A DNA stretch of 64,000 bases. Source: Ascoidea asiatica JCM 7603 (Eukaryota > Fungi > Ascomycota). The stretch is taken from assembly GCA_001600695.1 (NCBI GenBank), contig BCKQ01000002.1:577183-641182 (forward strand), in the 5' to 3' direction. The translations under genes and the position numbers were made by a program. Of this stretch, positions 56,509 to 64,000 are shown piece after piece. Each line of letters starts with the position of its first letter. The first letter of the stretch is position 1. The notes beneath the pieces were generated by a model. It was given only the letters and a program-made list of their open reading frames with translations. It ran no database searches and had not been told where the DNA came from.

Positions 56509-59139
56509 ATGGGAAGAGCCTCTAGGGCATGTAAAACCTGTAGAAGACAAAAAACAAGATGTTTTCCTTCTCAATTACCTCAAACATTTGCTTGTTTAAG
56601 ATGCCAATCTCTTTTAATTACATGCAGTTTTGAACAAGAAGCTATTGACAATGCTCAGTCAGATCTCTCTTCTAACTCGCCGATAAGAACAGATATTAAT
56701 ACAGCTCTTTCAAAACCACTTTTACTCTCCTCAAATACAGCAAATATTAATTCTGCTAATGCAATTCAACTAGATAAAAAAATGTCTGCTTTACAAGGAG
56801 ATGTTACCCAAATTTTGGCATTAATGAAAGAAGTTAAAAATGCTTTTGGATCATCATCAAATTCCAGTATAGTTAATGCTGAAAATATCAAGGATCAAGC
56901 TCAATTACTATTGTCGATTCAAAATCAAAGTCAAAATCAAAATCAGGATCAGGATCAGGATCAGGATCAGAAACAGAAACAGATTTCGAGGACGATTCAT
57001 TCATCCGAGGAATTAGATGATTCAAGTAAAATTATTAAACAACCTAATTTATTATCCCAGAATTTTCCAACTAGAAATAATCCATTCAATGATCTTCAAC
57101 CTGAGCAATATTTGAGTAATGTTAGATCTTTTGGTTATTATAATTCATCCTTTTTATCATCACCATTTAATATAATGAGTCAAATAACTAATCCTAATCA
57201 TTTACCAGTTTCAGTTTATCAATTATTCAATCCTCCAAAAGGGGAGTCTTTGGATAAAGATATAATAACTTTGGAAATTTTATCTAGATCTGAAGCTTTA
57301 TCATTAATGAATGATTTTAGAAATAGATATGGAAGATGGCTTTCATTTTCTGAACAATTAACAACTTCAAATATTATAGAAAAAATTTTAAATTCAGCTT
57401 CTTCATTATTGTTAACTGTTTGTTGTTGTTTAGCATTGAAATTTTCCAATAAAATTTTAAAAAATAAAGTTTATAAAATTTTACTTCATAAAATTAAAGT
57501 AGATCTCAATAAAGCTCTTCTTTGTTTACCAAATGATTTACAATTTATTCGAGCACTTATAATTTTATCATTTTATAGTTTAAGTTTAAGTTATGATGGA
57601 ATATTAATTATAGATGGTTGGTTTATAAGTGGTGTTGCAATTACTCATTTTTTGACAATAACAAATTATAATAATCCTTTAATTAAAAAAATTTCAAAAA
57701 ATAATAGTTTATCAAATCCTTCAATGTCTGATTTTTCTAATGATTCTGAATTTGATGAATTAACTGTTTATCGTCTTTGGACACATTTATGTTTTGTACA
57801 TTTAGTAAGTTGTATTCATAGTGGTAGAATGTGTATACTTGATGAAATTAGATTAAATCAAATTAGAAGATCTTTAGAATTATCTTTATCAACTAATTTT
57901 GATGGTAGAATGGTTGGTGAAACAACATGTCAATTACTTGTTTATAATTTTATTGAAAGTACTTTTGATAATTCAAGTTTAACAAATGGTGAAATTAAAA
58001 ATGATATTAATAAAGATAATCAATTATCAGATTATGATTTTCAACGTGATTTTAATGTGATAAAAGAAGAATTAGATAATTGGATTCAACAATGGGGTTA
58101 TCTTTTTGAACAACCAACTGTTCAATTTGTTGAATTTGGATATCATGTTGGATATATTTTAGTTCTTTATAATTGGAATTCAAAAAAAAATTTGAAATTA
58201 ACTACAATAATTATATCTTTATTAAAGAAATTTTCATTACTTTCAAGAAATACAAATACTTTATCACAAGATTCTTATAATAATTTAAATGTTTCACTTA
58301 ATTCTAATGTTTTTGCATCTGAACTTCTTTCACCTAATGATCCAAGAAATATTTCAGATATTAATAAAGTTGATACAATTTTATTATTTTCTGATATACT
58401 TTCAATAAAATCAATAATTCTTCATTCTATTAAAGTTTTAGATGATATTTTAAAAATTAATAATAATTCATATTTTATATTTTTATCAGATAAAATTCAT
58501 TTTGAATTAAATTTTACTATATCTTTATTTTTAAGAATTTTAGGATTATTATTTAAAAGAAAAAATTATAATAATTTTAGAAATACAATTGGTACAAATT
58601 TTTCAAATTATAAAAATAATTTAATAAAAGGTAATGAATTATTTCAATTAATTCAAAATGTTATGAATAATTGTAATGAATTTTCAAATGTTCAAAGTAA
58701 TCCAATATTATTAGAAAATTTTAATAATAGTCTTAATAAATCAATTTTGAATGAGAAAAATATAATTATTAAAGATAATTCAAACTCAGATAATAATAAT
58801 GATAATGAGAAATTAATTATAACTGGAGCAGAATTAAATAATTATTTAATAAAAATTTTAAAAATTTATGAGAAATATGAAAGTGTTGGAATTGAATCAA
58901 ATAATAAAATTGGAAAAACAAATTCTATATTAAATAATAATTTTTATGATAGTGATGCAATAAATTTAGGAATTGGAAATTCAATTAATGAAATTTATAT
59001 GGGAAAATATGATAATAATGATATTCTTGTAAAATATATGAATACAATAATGGAAGATTTAAATTTTTTATTTCCTGGATTTCTTGGATCTTATAAACAA
59101 GGTAAAAATTATGATGTTTTAAATGATATTACATTTTAA
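56509..59139 (+). CDS. Zn(II)2Cys6 transcription factor (Urc2/Ydr520c-like)
   Basis: RACKTCRRQKTRC..ACLRC..ITC; middle region RLWTHL, SGRMC, TNFDGRMV. Confidence 0.85.
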   Translation: MGRASRACKTCRRQKTRCFPSQLPQTFACLRCQSLLITCSFEQEAIDNAQSDLSSNSPIRTDINTALSKPLLLSSNTANINSANAIQLDKKMSALQGDVTQILALMKEVKNAFGSSSNSSIVNAENIKDQAQLLLSIQNQSQNQNQDQDQDQDQKQKQISRTIHSSEELDDSSKIIKQPNLLSQNFPTRNNPFNDLQPEQYLSNVRSFGYYNSSFLSSPFNIMSQITNPNHLPVSVYQLFNPPKGESLDKDIITLEILSRSEALSLMNDFRNRYGRWLSFSEQLTTSNIIEKILNSASSLLLTVCCCLALKFSNKILKNKVYKILLHKIKVDLNKALLCLPNDLQFIRALIILSFYSLSLSYDGILIIDGWFISGVAITHFLTITNYNNPLIKKISKNNSLSNPSMSDFSNDSEFDELTVYRLWTHLCFVHLVSCIHSGRMCILDEIRLNQIRRSLELSLSTNFDGRMVGETTCQLLVYNFIESTFDNSSLTNGEIKNDINKDNQLSDYDFQRDFNVIKEELDNWIQQWGYLFEQPTVQFVEFGYHVGYILVLYNWNSKKNLKLTTIIISLLKKFSLLSRNTNTLSQDSYNNLNVSLNSNVFASELLSPNDPRNISDINKVDTILLFSDILSIKSIILHSIKVLDDILKINNNSYFIFLSDKIHFELNFTISLFLRILGLLFKRKNYNNFRNTIGTNFSNYKNNLIKGNELFQLIQNVMNNCNEFSNVQSNPILLENFNNSLNKSILNEKNIIIKDNSNSDNNNDNEKLIITGAELNNYLIKILKIYEKYESVGIESNNKIGKTNSILNNNFYDSDAINLGIGNSINEIYMGKYDNNDILVKYMNTIMEDLNFLFPGFLGSYKQGKNYDVLNDITF

Positions 59140-59406
59140 ATTTGTATTTTAATTTTGTATTTTTATTGTATTTTATTGTAATTTTATTGCTACTTTTTTT
59201 TTATATAATATTTTTTTTTTATAAATAAATAAATAAATAAAGCCAAATATTTGGATCTGCTAGTATTAGATATGAATATTTCCAGTAGTGCGGGTCAATA
59301 CCATTGAATAATGAAAATAAAAATAAAGTTTTGATAATTTTATTTGATAAAGATTTGAAAAAAAAATGGAAATAAAAGAAATGATATAAAAAGAGAAAGA
59401 ATATGT

Positions 59407-59460
59407 ATTGTAGTATATATATTGTAGAATATATATTGTAGTATATATATTGTAGAATAT
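59407..59460. repeat. ~14-bp tandem repeat ATTGTAG(T/A)ATATAT, about 4 copies, upstream of NOP8
   Basis: Direct reading. Confidence 0.8.
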
Positions 59461-59478
59461 TAGTATATAAGCAAAAAA

Positions 59479-60658
59479 ATGAGAGAATTAATAGATAAGA
59501 CAGTGATAAGTAAAGATGATGAAGAAAAAGAGGAATTAAAAAGACTTTATATTGGAAATATATCAAAATCATTAGCAATAAATATTAAAGAATTAGAAAA
59601 AAGATTTAAAAAATTTGGAGAAATTATTTCACCAATTGAGATTAAAAATATAGCAACATTTATTAATGAGAAATATTATGGATTTTTAACAATAAAAATA
59701 AAAGAAAAAAATTTAAAAGAATTAATAAATACATATAATAATGTTAATTTTAAAAATAGTAAATTAATAATTGAATTATCAAAAGATCCAAGTAAAGAAT
59801 TTATTAAAAAAAATTGGTATGAAGAAGAGAGAGATAATAAAAAAAATAAAAGAAAAGAATATATTAAGAAATTAGAAATTTTAAAAAAAGAAAATATTCA
59901 ATTTAAGAAAAATGAGAATAAATTAAGAGATTCAAGATATAGATTAAAAGATATATTTAAAGTTATTAAAGGAATTGAAAGAAAAAAAGATAGAAAAAAA
60001 TATATAATAAAAGATAATAAGAAATTTATTAATGAAATAACATATAGAATTCAATTAAATAAATATGAAAAAAGTAAATTAAAATCATCAGAGAAAAAAA
60101 AATTAATTCATGGAAAATTTATTTATAAACCAAATAGAAAAATTAAATTATGGGGATATGAAAAGGATAAAGATAAATTAGATTTAACATATGAATATGA
60201 TGAAATTTTAGAAGTTTGGAAAGATGGTAATAAACATTTAATTGAGAAAAAAAATAATGAGAATATTAATATTAATGAAATTGAGAATGAATATGAATAT
60301 GAATATGATGAAGATGAAAATGAAGAAATTAAAGAAATTAAAGAAAATAAAAATGTTTTAAATGAATTTATGAATAATTTTGATTTTAATAAAGAAATTG
60401 TATTATCAGATGAAGAAGAATTATTAACTATTAATAAAGTTAAATATAATAATAAGAATTATGAGAATTATGAGAATTATGAGAATGATGATGAAAATGA
60501 TGAAATTGAACTTGTTAAGAGAAGTGAAGTTAATGAAAGTAATGAAAAAGATGATGAAGATGAGAAAGAAGATATTTATTATAAGGAAACTGAATCAAGT
60601 AAAGGAATTTTAACATTAAAGAATATATTCAATTCAAGTTCTAATAAAGATGATATAG

Positions 60659-60692
<34 letters not shown>

Positions 60693-61167
60693 AAATGAAA
60701 ATGAAAATGAAAATTTACAAATAGGAAAAGAAAATAATGGAATATTTGAATTTAATTTGATTGAATCAGATGATGATATTAATGAAGAAGTAATTGAAAA
60801 AGTTTCATTAAAGGATATTTTATCAGTAAATGAAAAAAATTATAAAGAAATAAATGAAAATAATAAGAAAAGTAATAATAATGAATATGATAATTCTTTA
60901 TTAGAAAATAAAGTTAATATGGTTAAAAGTTTAAAATTTAATGATATTTCAAAATCTAATTTTAATAATTTTGGATTATTTTTCCCACATTTTGAATCAC
61001 CATTTTTATTTACACAATCTCAAGCTTTAAGAAGTACAAATTTCAATTTTGAAAATGAAGATTTTTTAAAAAATTGGGAAGAAAATAGGTTAGAATGGAT
61101 AAGAGAATTCAAGAAAAGAAAGAAGGAACATTTGAAAAAATACAGAAAAAAACAAATGAATATGTAA
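59479..61167 (+). CDS. NOP8: Nucleolar 60S biogenesis protein with N-terminal RRM
   Basis: KRLYIGNI..RFKKFG..YNNVNFK, KLWGYEK..DLT, GLFFPHFESPFL. Confidence 0.85.
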
Positions 61168-61330
61168 ATGAATATGTGAGTGAATATGTGAGTGATATAC
61201 TGTATAGATAATTGAATAATCTTGGTTTTTGTGTTAATTGTACTTGAATCATCAGATTCTAAAATGTGACTGATTTATCCAGAAGCTTATTTATGAACCA
61301 GATCTAGAATTTAGATTTTATTTAGACTTC

Positions 61331-61494
61331 GTCACGTGAATTTAACGGATTAGCCTGCTTGTGGAATAAAGTCTAGATCGCATGTCATGTGACTGGGTTT
61401 GCTTCTTCGGTATTTGAGAAGCAGCAGAAAGCAACAGAAAAGCAGCAAAAAGCAGCAGAAAGCAGCGCCCGAAAAGAAACGGAGCTTACGTAAG
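61331..61494. promoter_or_regulatory. SMI1 upstream island: two Cbf1 sites and the bZIP-type palindrome CTTACGTAAG
   Basis: GTCACGTG 61331, CATGTGAC 61386, palindrome 61485-61494. Confidence 0.5.
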
Positions 61495-61532
61495 GGTGCG
61501 TGGGCTCTTCATTCCCTGAAACCTGGCCCTTT

Positions 61533-61567
<35 letters not shown>

Positions 61568-61568
61568 T
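61420..61568. repeat. (AGCAGCAGAA)-type tandem repeat followed by a (CTT)n microsatellite
   Basis: Direct reading; these repeats generate the spurious 61399..61809 ORF. Confidence 0.8.
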
Positions 61569-61808
61569 TTTTCGTGTTCTTCTCTCTCGTGGCCTTTCTC
61601 AGACCTTTCTGTTCTGTTTCTCTTCTTCTTCTCTGACGTTCACTGCTACAAGCACCAAATATACTAAAATTACAAAATTACACTATTCCTTACTGTTATT
61701 AACCACAGGATCTAATTTTATAAATACCAAGAACTGCTTTCATTACTTTATTTCTTTATTATTTCATCATTCACTATTCACTATTCTCTATTTATTATTT
61801 AAAATCTA

Positions 61809-61849
61809 ATATTTGATATTTGATATTTGATATTTGATATTTGATATTT
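61809..61849 (+). repeat. (ATATTTG)6 tandem repeat upstream of SMI1
   Basis: Five perfect units plus one partial unit. Confidence 0.9.
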
Positions 61850-62288
61850 ATTCATTTCATTTTTTCATTATATCTTTATCTCTTTATATCTTCTTTTCTT
61901 TACTTCATTATTATAAATATTATATATTCCTTCACTTTAAAATTCAAATTTAAATTTATATCTATACTTTAAATCAAATTTATAAATATTATTCAAGCAA
62001 TCAATAATCAATAATTAATAATTAAAATTTAACAATTATATATGAATTCAATTAATGAAATTTCAAATTATTTAATTCTTTCATTTTAATATTCAATAAA
62101 TAATATTAATATTTTATCTTCTTCTTATTCTGATCTCATTTACAACTACATTTTCAATTTCAATTTCAATTTCAATTCCAATACCAATTTTAGTTTTAAT
62201 TTCTACTCCTGTATTACATTTAAGTTTCTATAATATATATAAATTATATTCCTCATATTATTTCATTACATTAATTTTTACTATTACC

Positions 62289-63911
62289 ATGGGTTTCTTT
62301 GATTCAATAAAAGAAGATTTTAATGAATTCTTTTATAGTTTAACAACTAATGATAGATATGCTTCTGCAAATAATCCTTATTCAAAAAATTCTTCAAATG
62401 ATTTAAATCGTCATAATATTTCTTATAATAATTATAATCCTTCAAATTCTCAACAATATTTCATCAATAATAATAATAATAATAATAACACTTCTACTTC
62501 TACTTCAAATCTACAAAATGTAAATGTAAATGTAAATAATTCTTCAACTTCTTTAAATTCAAATTCAAATTCTGTTTCTTATACTCCTGGTTTAAGATCA
62601 AAAACTTTAAATGGTGATGTACCTTTAAATGATTTTATTAATGGTGGTCCACAAATTCCTCCAATTCAAGAAATTTGGGAAAGATTAGATAATTTTTATG
62701 ATCAAGAATATCCAGAATTATATGATTCTTTATGTGATGTTTGTACAACTGCTGATTTAAATGAATTAGAAAATGATTTAAATTGTACTTTACCTTTAGA
62801 TATTAGAGAAAGTTGGCAAACTCATGATGGTCAAGAAAGAGGTGGTAAACCAACTGGTGCTATCATGGGTTTAACTCTTTTAGATATAGAAAGTATAGCT
62901 GAAGAATATAATGTTTGGCAAACTGCTGGTAGAAAAATTCATTCTCAAAAACAATTATATGATCAAAAATTAAAACATTATCAAAATTATATAAATAACA
63001 ACAATAATAATAATAATAATAATAATAATTCAGTATTAAATTCTCCAAGTACTTCAAGTGTTAATAGTAAATCCTCAATTTCAAATAATAATAATAATAA
63101 TAATATTAAAAAAAATCCAAAATTTATAGCTCCTCCAAAACCTCCAATAAATTTCTTATCTCATCAACATTCAATTCCTGAAAATGCTATACAACCTGTT
63201 TATATTCATCCAGGTTGGGTTCCTTTAGTTAAAGATTTTTCTGGTAATAATATTGCTGTAGATTTAGCTCCAGGTCCAAAAGGTAAATGGGGTCAAATTA
63301 TTTTATTTGGTCATGATTATGATACAAAATTAGTTATTGCAAATTCTTGGTCTCAATTTTTATATAATTTACTTATTCAATTTGAAAATAATGAATATTA
63401 TTTAGATGAAGTTGAAGAAGATTTATGGTATAAAGATTCAAATGGTCGTTTAATTAATTATCTTGATTTTTTAAGAAATAAAATTTTAAATCCTTATAGA
63501 AAACAGCAGAATCAAAAAAGAATTCAACAACAAAGATTAATTTCTCAAAATTTAAGACCAAATAATTTAAATAATTTAAATAATTTAAATCAATTTAAAA
63601 ATTCAAATAAAAATTTAAGTAATTCAAGTCTTACAAATAAAAATTTAATTGATCCAAATTCTTCAAATAATTCAATTCGTCAAATTCATCCTTCTTCTTC
63701 TTCTCCTTTAATTGATTCTACAATTATTAATAATCAAAATCCTGTTCATATAGAAAAAGAAACTTTAATATCTCCTTCTGCAACTTCTGCAATCTCTACA
63801 ACTACAACTACAACTACAACTACAACTGATGATCAAACTTCTGCTCTATTAAAAAAAAATGATAAATCAATTGAAAATGATAATGATTCTTTAAAAGAAA
63901 TAATTCTTTGA
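62289..63911 (+). CDS. SMI1: Smi1/Knr4 cell wall (beta-1,3-glucan) assembly regulator
   Basis: SLTTNDRYAS, LNELENDL..LP.DIRES..HDGQE, SIPENAIQPVY.HPGWVPL.KD..GNNIAVDLAPGPKGKWGQIILFG. Confidence 0.93.
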   Translation: MGFFDSIKEDFNEFFYSLTTNDRYASANNPYSKNSSNDLNRHNISYNNYNPSNSQQYFINNNNNNNNTSTSTSNLQNVNVNVNNSSTSLNSNSNSVSYTPGLRSKTLNGDVPLNDFINGGPQIPPIQEIWERLDNFYDQEYPELYDSLCDVCTTADLNELENDLNCTLPLDIRESWQTHDGQERGGKPTGAIMGLTLLDIESIAEEYNVWQTAGRKIHSQKQLYDQKLKHYQNYINNNNNNNNNNNNSVLNSPSTSSVNSKSSISNNNNNNNIKKNPKFIAPPKPPINFLSHQHSIPENAIQPVYIHPGWVPLVKDFSGNNIAVDLAPGPKGKWGQIILFGHDYDTKLVIANSWSQFLYNLLIQFENNEYYLDEVEEDLWYKDSNGRLINYLDFLRNKILNPYRKQQNQKRIQQQRLISQNLRPNNLNNLNNLNQFKNSNKNLSNSSLTNKNLIDPNSSNNSIRQIHPSSSSPLIDSTIINNQNPVHIEKETLISPSATSAISTTTTTTTTTTDDQTSALLKKNDKSIENDNDSLKEIIL

Positions 63912-64000
63912 ATTCTGTTATTTATTTTTTAGAATTTTTATTCACATATATTATTTCATTCTTTGCACCAGTTAATTGCTTCTTTTGATTTTTTTTTTTT

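Noticed and set aside
61399-61809. 136-aa ORF with poly-Leu
   Set aside because: TTG start; built from AGCAGCAGAA and CTT repeats in the SMI1 promoter
1618-63057. Numerous 60-160 aa ORFs overlapping real genes (e.g. 2164, 10907, 24867, 47114, 59219)
   Set aside because: Antisense or off-frame shadows of well-supported CDS

Overview
Eukaryotic genomic DNA from a very AT-rich budding yeast (Saccharomycotina; Asn/Ile/Lys-rich proteins, short introns with relaxed signals and very few CTG codons tentatively suggest an Ascoidea-like lineage, which is inference only). About 23 protein-coding genes: SCD5 (5' end outside window), PRE10, GEM1, UTP13, SDO1, FKS1, MUP3, RIB3, a small membrane protein, a multi-KilA-N/APSES protein, SEC12, ROY1-like, CTK3, LST8, a cytochrome b5-like (MAPR) protein, ENT3, a 1249-aa unknown, a second divergent FKS, a cytosolic GH5, PSH1, ALO1, a Zn2Cys6 factor, NOP8 and SMI1/KNR4. 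Four introns missed by the ORF track were reconstructed by hand (PRE10, SDO1, RIB3, FKS paralog). No tRNA, rRNA, transposase or LTR gene was recognised. The best leads are: (1) a protein with three tandem KilA-N/APSES-like domains plus a possible TFIIS-N-like domain, with an SCB/MCB site and a 154-bp foldback element upstream; (2) a Gem1/Miro with no visible tail anchor; (3) a ~310-nt foldable GC-rich island between PSH1 and ALO1, part of a window-wide pattern of palindrome-packed promoter islands; (4) CTG codons at both Leu-like and Ser-like positions; (5) a His-rich, HDDL-ending heme/steroid-binding protein. Family assignments rest on motifs recalled from memory; no database searches were run.
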